Shown: one piece after another, positions 27,001 through 35,100 of the stretch
How positions within the stretch are numbered: the first letter of the stretch is position 1
Layout: every line of letters begins with the position of its first letter
NCBI GenBank assembly: GCA_964655075.1
Contig: CAZZLD010000002.1
Span: 166,795-230,794 of the forward strand
DNA: 64,000 nt
Direction: 5' to 3'
Origin: an uncultured Candidatus Bathyarchaeia archaeon
GTDB lineage: Archaea > Thermoproteota > Bathyarchaeia > Bathyarchaeales > Bathyarchaeaceae
Translations under genes and position numbers: made by a program
The notes under the pieces: generated by a model
The model's database searches: none
Told to the model about the DNA's origin: nothing
What the model saw: only the letters and a program-made list of their open reading frames with translations

Positions 27001-27814
27001 TTAACCCTTGGGCTATGAGCACAGGATCATCCTTGCATGTAACTGTTAGGTTCACGGTGAAAGTGTCCGCCGCTGTGTAGGCGTGGTAAATGATCGGAGT
27101 GGCAACCGTTGTGGTGTTTCCGTCTCCGAAGTCCCACCTGTAGGTGGCTATGGGCACGTCGTGGGTGCCGTTCCAACCAGGCAACGAACCTGAAGCGTCA
27201 AAGGTGACCGGTTCATTTACCTGTGGGCTAGAGGGTGTGTGCGTTTTTGCAGCCGTGGGACCATACGGCAAGGACAGCTTAAACGTGCCGTTGACCGTGT
27301 TGAATGGAATGGAGTTCTCGTCGAAATCTGTAAGACCCTCCACTGTGAGGTTTAGTAGGCTTTCCCCGTAGGCTTTCACTAGGAAAGAAGCTTGAAGCAG
27401 TGTTCCGCTGCCGTTGACTCCGCCAGTGGTGCTGACGAGCGCGTATGGCGGATATACTTCTCCTGCAGTGTTGTTTATAGCACCTGCGACCGTTAAGCCT
27501 GTGATAAAGGTAGTGTTATAGTCGAAGGCTGTGCATTCCAAGACTGTTGGATTCCATTTCATGCCGATGGAGTAACCAGCCAAATCGATGACGTTTTCGA
27601 TGTTTATGTAAATTTTAAAGGTGCCACCGACATCGGGTGGTGGACCAACTATTTTCTGTGGAGATACGCTGACAGTGGCAACGCTTTGGGTAACGGGTCT
27701 GCCGATAACAGTTATGGGAAAAACGAGAAACATAGATATTATTAAGTAAACACAAACCTTTTTGTGCTTCAACCTTTCCCTCATCTCTCTAATCTCTCTA
27801 TTGGGGAAACTCAT
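24047..27814 (-). CDS. giant (1255 aa) anchored surface protein: cohesin-like domain, at least 5 PKD domains, Ig/FN3-like module, uncharacterised beta-rich domain, FRGE-AEFY module, six 28-aa stalk repeats, TM anchor
   Basis: N-terminal TM/signal VCVYLIISMFLVFPITVIG. Cohesin-like FKIYINIENVIDLAGYSIGMKWNPTVLE. Repeated WDFGDGNTT PKD signatures. C-terminal SILSAIAAIFAIAAVILLLRRRK. Confidence 0.92.
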   Translation of the reverse strand: MSFPNREIREMRERLKHKKVCVYLIISMFLVFPITVIGRPVTQSVATVSVSPQKIVGPPPDVGGTFKIYINIENVIDLAGYSIGMKWNPTVLECTAFDYNTTFITGLTVAGAINNTAGEVYPPYALVSTTGGVNGSGTLLQASFLVKAYGESLLNLTVEGLTDFDENSIPFNTVNGTFKLSLPYGPTAAKTHTPSSPQVNEPVTFDASGSLPGWNGTHDVPIATYRWDFGDGNTTTVATPIIYHAYTAADTFTVNLTVTCKDDPVLIAQGLTSASVSQDITVYSAPAPPKAKFTYSPPSPRVNSIVTFDASTSLAGFNGTHDVPIANYTWDFGDGNTTIVTDPSIYHAYSAEGTYTVNLTVTCQDDPVLIAQGLTSNSTGQEITVYEATPPIIGTPTQNPGPTEVTPDQAVTVSVNVTDNVAVQNVILSYSNDTGATWENVTMSLTTGDTYEGGIPGFPAATTVWYKIIAYDTSNNVAVEDNAGEYYVYVVISPPYGPTADFTYYPLAPKAGETVTFDASGSLPGWNGTHDVPIATYRWDFGDGNTTTVMVPIIYHTYTAITTYPVNLTVTCEDDPVLIAQGLTSASVSQDITVYSPLVPPVARFTYSPSYPSVNGTVTFNASASTPEGGTIVSYTWDFGDGNTTTVMVPIVYHTYTLEGAYIVVLNVTDSQGLWNTTSKGITIVPPKRPIIHPIEGQYANYRIYYFDVWVGQKYLVDGWDFTYDHYISPDLINVTFRYTFIPWQPAQVDPAVWMVVNITNRKVVSGFWNCTWFIGWIQTDITLGSTINIYNGVATVVGSRIINFSGYLVDCWELHQEPTGYTYYYDKLSGLLFSLEKPSSYHYYIIMLADTNIHFGVHPIASFNYSPDDPFVTEPVTLDASSSYDPDETIVSYTWDFGDGNITTVSDPVVHHRYGYAGDYNVTLTVTDPDGLTAVATAAVTVERTELNVLVDVGSIHFRGEMAEFYILVSCLGRPVNANISALLYYGDALHADLSSSVEHVATGLYRVPYNISLDASTGTYTLVAEAGYFSLNGVSMKAFLLSSTLTNWNAWLVEIHGDVATIETDIATFQISLDGINAKLQSIEGKIVTIETDLGTIKVDAELINATVIAIEGRIANIKSDLGEITVSVSDINATISAFEDSFVTIKTDLGIIKTSIDSINLTVTNINGTTVTLNTSLGDLEGTIEDIQGDIVTIKTDLGDVKVDLADVKDKLPSTPTTTLSVPVGSILSAIAAIFAIAAVILLLRRRKAPTL
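24173..24655 (-). repeat. tandem 84-bp (28-aa) coding repeats, about 6 units (one shortened)
   Basis: The units are LVEIHGDVATIETDIATFQISLDGINAK, LQSIEGKIVTIETDLGTIKVDAELINAT, VIAIEGRIANIKSDLGEITVSVSDINAT, ISAFEDSFVTIKTDLGIIKTSIDSINLT, VTNINGTTVTLNTSLGDLEGT and IEDIQGDIVTIKTDLGDVKVDLADVKDK. Confidence 0.85.
26030..26263 (-). repeat. intragenic PKD-cassette repeat, copy 1
   Basis: Offset exactly 936 nt (312 codons) from 26966..27199. The flanking about 90 nt (cgttgtggtgtttccgtctccgaagtcccacctgtaggtggctatgggcacgtcgtgggtgccgttccaaccaggcaacga.cctgaagcgtc) differ at a single position by eye; the centre is more diverged. Confidence 0.85.
26966..27199 (-). repeat. intragenic PKD-cassette repeat, copy 2
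   Basis: See 26030..26263. Confidence 0.85.
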
Positions 27815-27985
27815 TATAATGCTTTCTGTAACTAAAACCCAGACTTTTCCTATTGTCTCTTAAATTTCGACCTTTACACCTATAGGCTGAAACTGGAGGC
27901 ATCTCTCCATGATCCTCTTTTTATTTTTGAACGTGCAAAAACTTTTTGTATGTTGTTTGTCTATTTATCATCGAGGGGTTAGTTA

Positions 27986-30712
27986 ATGAGAGATAAAGTG
28001 ATCTTTCTCGTTCTATTGCTTGTTTCGTCAACTCTAGCTGTTGGATCGTTTTTGTTGCCTGCGAAAAGGGTAGTTGCACAGCAGTCGATAAAAGATTGGT
28101 GGAATCCAGACTGGGGCAGCCGCAGAGTAGTGGTCATCAACGAAACTGCTGGATTGAACCGCGTAAACGAGCCTACAGATGTCGAAATAGCATTTGATCC
28201 GGGAAAATGCCTTGACCCAGTCAAGGAAGTTAGGGTGGTCCAATTTGACGGATCAGCTTGGACCGAGGTGCCCAGCCAAGTGTACAACGTGACGATGGCG
28301 GGTGGCTACGCCCAGTCAGCAAACGTTGTCTTCCTAGCCAACGTGTCAGCCTACAGCTCAACTACATACCAGATCTACTACAACGCTGCTGTTGAAGCGC
28401 CAACATACGATGGACTCCGCCTTCACACAGAAATAGCAGGTGACACCTACAACGTCACCGCTGTCAAAGACGGCGTAGAAAAGATTTATTTCCGCATATA
28501 CTGGAAACACGCTATTACTCTCTATAGCGACGGGAAGAACATTACCTTGTCTGGAGGCCAGCCTGGCTGGGAGCTGTTCACCATAAGTTTTGCTAACCTT
28601 TGGACAGACGCGGATGACGCCGCTTGGTTCTCGTGCAGGATAGGTGAGACGTTAAAAGTCACGAACTCGGGTCCTATATTTGTTGACTTCGAAAACACTC
28701 AACCGATCGCTTCGGACCTCTGGGGTTCAGTTTTTAACTCGAACATCTCGAGTATATATCGGCTAAGGGTTTATTATCAACCAGACTTGAATCCGCTGGT
28801 AAGATACTGCATGAGCTTGACTTGGAAAAATGTCGAAACAGTGAATAACATATTATTCATGGACTTTAAGCTCGCCAACGACACAAGCACTCAGGTTTCA
28901 CCGGGGGTCTGGGAAGAGGGCAGCTACGCGATCTACAAGGACTTCACGTGGAAAAACACAGACGGTGTTGTTCAGACGGTGCCTGTGGAAACAACTGTTA
29001 CAGACCTGATCTGGAATCCAGCGAACCCAGTGGGCTGGTGGAGTTATAACGGCAACCGCTCCGATTCAACCATGAAGCCTGGAGCAGATATCGGCATGAT
29101 CCCAACCTACACTGGAGGAACCATATCTGGCTCCGACTACACCATAGAAATTACACAACAAATCGAATACAACGACAACCATGCATCACCATACGTCAAA
29201 GGAACCTACGGCGGAAATACAAGTGATACGGTTGAAACTATAGGATACCTCGTCGTTAACACGCCGACAGACCAGAACGTAGCACCCACCATGGAAGACG
29301 AAGCCACGAAACTACGTAACCCCCTTGAACATGGACGCTTGCCCGTTTATAACGTCAATACCGGATTAGACTATGCCACAATCCAAGGAGCCATAGACGC
29401 TAATGAAACTCTGGATGGAAACACAATCCTAGTGAGTGCCGGAACATATTATGAAAACGTAGTCGTGAACAAGTCTGTGTCGCTTGTTGGAGAAAACAAA
29501 AGCACCACCATAATAGATGGCAACATGACTGGCACTACTGTTTACGTGACTGCGAGCAACGTTGAAATCACCGAATTCACAATACGAAACGGTATTGCGC
29601 TTAGGTCCGGCTTTTGGGCTGGTGTCTGGATATCCTTCTCAGAGAATAACACAATCAGCGGCAACGTATTTTCAAGTAACTTTTGTGACATCTTCCTAAA
29701 CCATTCAAGCGGCAACACAATCAGCGGAAATACCATGGCATACGGCATTTACCTAAGGAATTCCAATGATAACGCGATTAGCGGTAACGAACTGAATGAA
29801 GCTTTTAGCGGAGACCTCACCGGTATTTCCCTAATAGATTCTTCTAGCAACACGATCATTGGTAACACTGTCTTGAATTTTTGGGTTGCTGGCATTTCAG
29901 TGGGAGGGGAAAGGAACATTATTAGTGAAAACACCATTTCAAATAGCGAACATGGGCTTCAGATTCAGGGGGGAGCAGGGAATAACAAAGTCGTTGACAA
30001 CACGATATCAGATAATTACAACAGTATTGAACTGTATAACACGGGTGCGGGCAACACTTTTTATCATAACAACATCATCAACAGCAAAGTACCGATACTT
30101 AGTAGTGGAACACCAGTATCATGGAACACTTGGGATAATGGTGCTGAGGGAAACTATTGGAGCGATTATAATGGTACAGACACAAATGGCGATGGCATTG
30201 GAGACACGCTTCTGCCTCATCTGGGGGTGGATTCGTATCCTCTAATGGGAATGTATTCTGACTTTGCTGTAGAATACCAAGCACAGACAGAGCACGTTAC
30301 CACCATCTGCAATTCTACAATTTCAGATTTCCAATGTTACTATGATTCAGAAATACAAAGTAACGTGTTGAGGTTTAATGTCTCAGGGGCAGAGGGCACC
30401 ACAGGATTTTGCAGAATTACCATTCCCCATGCATTGGTTGCACCTGGATACAACGTCACAATCAACAACGGTTCACCAATTCAAAGTAAAGTGTTATCTT
30501 CCGATACTACGCAAACAACACTATACTTCACATACCATCACACAACAAAACAAGTCAAAATAACAATACCAGAGTTCCCATCAGCTCTAATCTTACTTCT
30601 ACTAATGGCTGTCACTTTAGTTGCAGTTCTTGTGGAGAAGCTGGTCAATTTTAAAAAAGAGCAACGTAAGCCTACTAACTATGAAGGGATATCCGCTTGT
30701 TATAAACTCTAA
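27986..30712 (+). CDS. 908-aa secreted beta-helix (NosD/pectate-lyase-like) surface protein with a PEF-CTERM-like anchor
   Basis: Signal VIFLVLLLVSSTLAVG. N-terminal W..W..RR.V.I motif (DUF2341-like). PbH1 repeats (NNTISGNVFSSN..., GNTISGNTMAYGIYLRNSNDNAISGN), YHNNIINS cap and NYWSDYNGTDTNGDGIGD. C-terminus ...IPEFPSALILLLLMAVTLVAVLVEKLVNFKK. Confidence 0.9.
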   Translation: MRDKVIFLVLLLVSSTLAVGSFLLPAKRVVAQQSIKDWWNPDWGSRRVVVINETAGLNRVNEPTDVEIAFDPGKCLDPVKEVRVVQFDGSAWTEVPSQVYNVTMAGGYAQSANVVFLANVSAYSSTTYQIYYNAAVEAPTYDGLRLHTEIAGDTYNVTAVKDGVEKIYFRIYWKHAITLYSDGKNITLSGGQPGWELFTISFANLWTDADDAAWFSCRIGETLKVTNSGPIFVDFENTQPIASDLWGSVFNSNISSIYRLRVYYQPDLNPLVRYCMSLTWKNVETVNNILFMDFKLANDTSTQVSPGVWEEGSYAIYKDFTWKNTDGVVQTVPVETTVTDLIWNPANPVGWWSYNGNRSDSTMKPGADIGMIPTYTGGTISGSDYTIEITQQIEYNDNHASPYVKGTYGGNTSDTVETIGYLVVNTPTDQNVAPTMEDEATKLRNPLEHGRLPVYNVNTGLDYATIQGAIDANETLDGNTILVSAGTYYENVVVNKSVSLVGENKSTTIIDGNMTGTTVYVTASNVEITEFTIRNGIALRSGFWAGVWISFSENNTISGNVFSSNFCDIFLNHSSGNTISGNTMAYGIYLRNSNDNAISGNELNEAFSGDLTGISLIDSSSNTIIGNTVLNFWVAGISVGGERNIISENTISNSEHGLQIQGGAGNNKVVDNTISDNYNSIELYNTGAGNTFYHNNIINSKVPILSSGTPVSWNTWDNGAEGNYWSDYNGTDTNGDGIGDTLLPHLGVDSYPLMGMYSDFAVEYQAQTEHVTTICNSTISDFQCYYDSEIQSNVLRFNVSGAEGTTGFCRITIPHALVAPGYNVTINNGSPIQSKVLSSDTTQTTLYFTYHHTTKQVKITIPEFPSALILLLLMAVTLVAVLVEKLVNFKKEQRKPTNYEGISACYKL

Positions 30713-30792
30713 CCTAACAGTACGGAGGAACGGCCGCTAAGGCTGACATTGGCTCAGTTACCCTGTGGGTTGATACAGACGCAGTTCGTGTG

Positions 30793-31614
30793 TTAACCAA
30801 GCCTCTGGTTGCTAAGATATGATCTCCTTCTTCTTAGTATCTCCTGGACAAGAAGGACAACCGCAACGATAACACCGATCAGGATCATAGACCCCCTAAG
30901 AAGCACACCTACGTCTAGTGATGTTGCTACGCCAATGAAACCCGTTGCGTCGTATACCCCATGAATTATTGCGGGTACAAGAAGATTCCCCCCAGAGAGA
31001 TAATACGTAGCTGCCATAGCCATTCCAAAGGTCACCAAGTCGGTGAATTGAACCAAGGAGACTATTCCGTATACAAGGGCGTAATAGAGGTGTGCAGCAG
31101 CAAACAATATTGACGAAATGAAAGCAAGACTGAGCCAGTGGTGACCCTTGAAAAGATTCAGCAAACCGCCATAAATGAAGCCTCTAAAGAGATACTCTTC
31201 AACTGGCCCCACAACCAGCAAAGAGACCCACACCATTATCCAAGCTAGTTCAGGCTTTATGTTAAGCACAGGGTTAGGCCTGTTTATAAGGCTAACAGCG
31301 GTGGGATCAAACATTATTATGATGTAGAAAATCGCAGTAGCCACAAGCGTGCCCAAAACTGTAAAGACGCCGAAGAAGCCTAATCCGAACTTTACAGCAG
31401 TGTACGTTTGACTGAAGGCCCTTCGGACTATTTCTGACCCCCAAAGCAAGCCCGTAGCCAACAGCGGCACTCCATAAACAATAAAGGTCCCTAAGATTGG
31501 ACCAAAGCCTCCGATGAGATACTGGGAGTACGCTGAGGCAAAGATTATGACCAGACCAACAAGATAGAGTCTCTTTGTAAGAGGCATTTCACTTTCTATT
31601 TTTCTTATGCGCAT
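30793..31614 (-). CDS. CPBP-family (CAAX protease/Abi) intramembrane glutamic endopeptidase
   Basis: Motif 1 GPVEEYLFRGFIYGG (EExxxR), motif 2 FISSILFAAAHLY (FxxxH) and motif 3 PAIIHGVYD (HxxxD/N). About 8 TM helices. Confidence 0.85.
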   Translation of the reverse strand: MRIRKIESEMPLTKRLYLVGLVIIFASAYSQYLIGGFGPILGTFIVYGVPLLATGLLWGSEIVRRAFSQTYTAVKFGLGFFGVFTVLGTLVATAIFYIIIMFDPTAVSLINRPNPVLNIKPELAWIMVWVSLLVVGPVEEYLFRGFIYGGLLNLFKGHHWLSLAFISSILFAAAHLYYALVYGIVSLVQFTDLVTFGMAMAATYYLSGGNLLVPAIIHGVYDATGFIGVATSLDVGVLLRGSMILIGVIVAVVLLVQEILRRRRSYLSNQRLG

Positions 31615-31723
31615 TCATTTAAGGTTTTCTTCCTTAGAGAAAGAATCGGTTCGTGTTGAATAGCCTTATATCTCCAGAAAGATAAAGAATTGTTGTGTCA
31701 TAAAATGAGTTGGAGGTGAAAAA

Positions 31724-31873
31724 ATGGCGAAGAAGAAGGGGACAAAATATGAATGTGGAGAATGTGGACTTGTTGTGGTAGTTGACGAACCCTGTGGGTG
31801 TGCTGCATGTGAATTAGTATGTTGTGAGGTTCCAATGAAAGAAGTGAAACCGAAAGCCAAGAAGCGAACTTAG
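31724..31873 (+). CDS. desulforedoxin-like Cys-rich small protein (49 aa)
   Basis: Manual translation gives MAKKKGTKYECGECGLVVVVDEPCGCAACELVCCEVPMKEVKPKAKKRT. The Y.C..CG.VV.V...(n)..LVCC...M pattern matches the Fe(Cys)4 desulforedoxin/Dfx N-domain. A strong SD (ggaggtga) lies at 31713..31720. It is absent from the track because it is under 60 aa. Confidence 0.65.
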   Translation: MAKKKGTKYECGECGLVVVVDEPCGCAACELVCCEVPMKEVKPKAKKRT

Positions 31874-32119
31874 AAAATACGCGTACATTGTTTTCTAGGA
31901 AAAGTCTGCAACGAAAATTCAATATTGGCTCCATTTTCTTTCCCAGGTTCTTTTGTGATAGCAAGAGTATTTCAACCTTAAATCCTAACGTTGTTTTGAT
32001 TAGTGGCAGCCTACACATTCATCATTTTGATCCATTTCATTCAACAAATAAGAAGGACACGCCAGATTTGACCGGGCGAAAATACCCTTTAAACCTATAA
32101 AGTACCTTGAATTCAATAC

Positions 32120-35100
32120 ATGCTTATATGCTTCAAAAGGGAACCGACTAGGCAGAAGGTTAAGATCGTGAAGCAGGCTAAAGCTCTCCTCATGCTTTTC
32201 ATTGTATTCGAAATGGTTTTTCCGCCCATCTCCGCTCTCGGTTACGCACACACATACGAGGCTGCCGACTCTTCTGACCTTAAAGACGCAAAGTCGGTTT
32301 CGCCTTTCTCCTCCATCGGCGGAAACTGGAACTTCAGCAGGGTAGCGGAGTGGGGCAACTTTGCTTGTGTTGACAACGACTCGGCTGAGCTTGTAGTGGG
32401 CATTAACAACACGAGGTCGGAAAACTACGCTGAGCTGGTGAACCTCACCACCGAAAAAGGCGGCACAATCGTCAATAAGGTTTCATTGGGAGGAAAACCC
32501 GAAGCGGTTGTTGTTGACTTGCCCTTAGACGAGGTTTCCCCCTTCGCGGATGAAGTACAACAAGCCAACCTAGCGCGGTATGTTGAGCCTAACATGAAGC
32601 TTCACGTTGATTTTGTTCCGAACGACCCTGAGTGGACCAAACAGTGGGGTCCTAAAAAGATTGAGGCTGACTATGCGTGGAATACAACAACCGGCAACAG
32701 CTCCATTCTGGTGGCTGTCATCGACACGGGTGTCGACTATAACCATCCTGACTTGAATGATAACTATAATTCGTCGGGCTATGACTGGGTGAACAACGAC
32801 TCAGACCCTATGGATGACAACAGCCACGGCACCCACTGCGCGGGAATCATAGCCGCTGAAATCAACAACAGCATAGGCGTAGCGGGACTAGCCCAAGTCC
32901 GCTTCATGGCTGAAAAAGCCTTCAACCAGTCTGGAGGCGGCTTGGAAGACGACGTAGCAAACGCTATCATCCACGCTGTAGATCAAGGAGCAGACATCCT
33001 GAGCAACAGTTGGGGCGACTACGAAGAAAGCCAACTTATCCGCAACGCTATAGATTACGCTTACGCCAATGGATTGCTGATAATCGCAGCGGCTGGAAAC
33101 GAGGATACAAGCAGTAAGCTGTATCCTGCGGCATATGACGAGGTTATCGCCGTCACGGCAACCGACAGCTCTGACACCAAGGCTTCATTCAGCAACTACG
33201 GTAACTGGGTGGAGCTTGCAGCGCCCGGCGTCAACATTTACTCAACTATTCCAGTCTCCCGTGGTTCCTACGGCAATAAGAGCGGAACCTCAATGGCGTG
33301 TCCGTACGTTACCGGCGTCGCCGCGTTGATCTGGAGCAAGTTTCCGAACGTGACGCGGGACTGGGTGCGGGCTCAGTTGCGGTACACCTCAGACGATCTA
33401 GGCGCCTCTGGCTTTGATCAGTATTACGGATATGGAAGGGTCAACGCGCGTAGGGCGGTTGAAGAGGCTCCTCCTAGTCACGACCTTCTCATTATACATT
33501 CTAAGATTTCTTCAGCGGTTGAACTCGGAGAAAACATAACCGCCGACGTTACGGTGTTTAACTTTGGATTTGAGGATGAAAATAATGTCACGGCGCAGTT
33601 TTTGATTAACGGCACCACAGTTGACTCCGTTGATGTTGGTTTTCTGGCTAGCGGCACATCGACAACAGTCAGCTGTTCGTGGACTCCAAGGACGAAGGGA
33701 ACGTACAACGTCACAGCGTATGTTTTGCCGGTTCTCGGCGAGAACAACACCGCAAACAACCTAGTGAGCAGTATGGTTCGCGTTCGCTATGTTGAAGTAG
33801 CTCTGATATCGGATTGGACTGAGCTTTCGGTTCTGACACCCACGCTGGACTCCATGGGCATCGACTATGACACGTACAATTACAACGAGATTTACTTCTA
33901 CACGGCAAACTCCAGCCTGCTGCTCAGTTATCCGGCGGTAATTTTCTACAAGTCCGCGTCTTACTATAGGCTCTTGACCCCCCGCGAATATTCAACTCTG
34001 AACACCTATCTAACTCACGGCGGAAGCCTTCTGGTCACAGGTTTAGATTCTCTATACAGCGACGCGCTTCTAGCCGACATAGTCCGTTCATCCTCTTACG
34101 GCGACGACATGAACGAAACAGATTTGTTTGTGGTAAACGCCTCACATCCGATAATGAACGGTTCATACGGCAGCTTCTCCGCTGGCTACAACATTTCAGG
34201 ATTATTCAGCGACTGCGACGCGGTTAAAGCAGACACTACGCGGAACGCTGTGACTGTGGCTGAACTAGCTGACGGATACGACAAAATCATAGCTACGGAG
34301 CTTCATCCTGGGAAAGTTGTTTTCTGGAACGGTGACGGAACCTCAGATTGGACAACGAACAACGACTGTAAGACCATGTTCAAAAACACTCTAGCTTGGT
34401 TCCTAACCCGCTATGAACATGAACTGGTTGTTTCTCTGGGTGCGCCTAACTACGTTGAACCCGGCGTCGCCGTGTTTCTTAATGCGACAGTTTACAACCG
34501 AGGGTTAAACAACGAAACCGTGGACCTGTTCCTGCTGATCAACGGTACAGTTGTGAACTCCACAACACTCCCTAACATGATGAACGGAACCTCCCGCACG
34601 CTGAGCCACCTGTGGATGCCGACGAATTTGGCAGCATACAACGTGACCGTCCACGCTTTACCTGTGTCTGGGGAAAGCTTCACGACTAATAACGTCTACT
34701 CGGCTTACGTCGTCTCGCGCATGCCCCTTATAAGCCCAAAACCAGGGGACTACGCACACTATATTTTCAGAAAGTTCGCCTCGACAACCAACGACACAGT
34801 AGTGGAGACCTACCTGTGGAACTTCACCTACCTTGAATACGTAGAACTCCACGTGATGAACGTCACAATTGATGTAACCGCTTTAGACGCGGAGGGGAAC
34901 CACGTTACCACCACCTCCTATTGGATGAACGTGGATACTATGACCCGTTGGGTTGAAACTGGAGACGCAGGGTGGGAGGGCACATACTACGTTGGGTGGG
35001 TGGAGACAGGCATCGGCTTCGGGTCTGAAATTAACTTGTGGACCGGAACCGGAACAGTCATGGGAACCAGCAACTTCACCGTCGATGGGAGAAACTTCAA

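Noticed and set aside
31666-32018. Two overlapping minus-strand ORFs (64 aa and 106 aa)
   Set aside because: They are antisense to the SD-preceded desulforedoxin-like ORF 31724..31873. Their His/Ser/Thr-rich, low-complexity translations are not credible.
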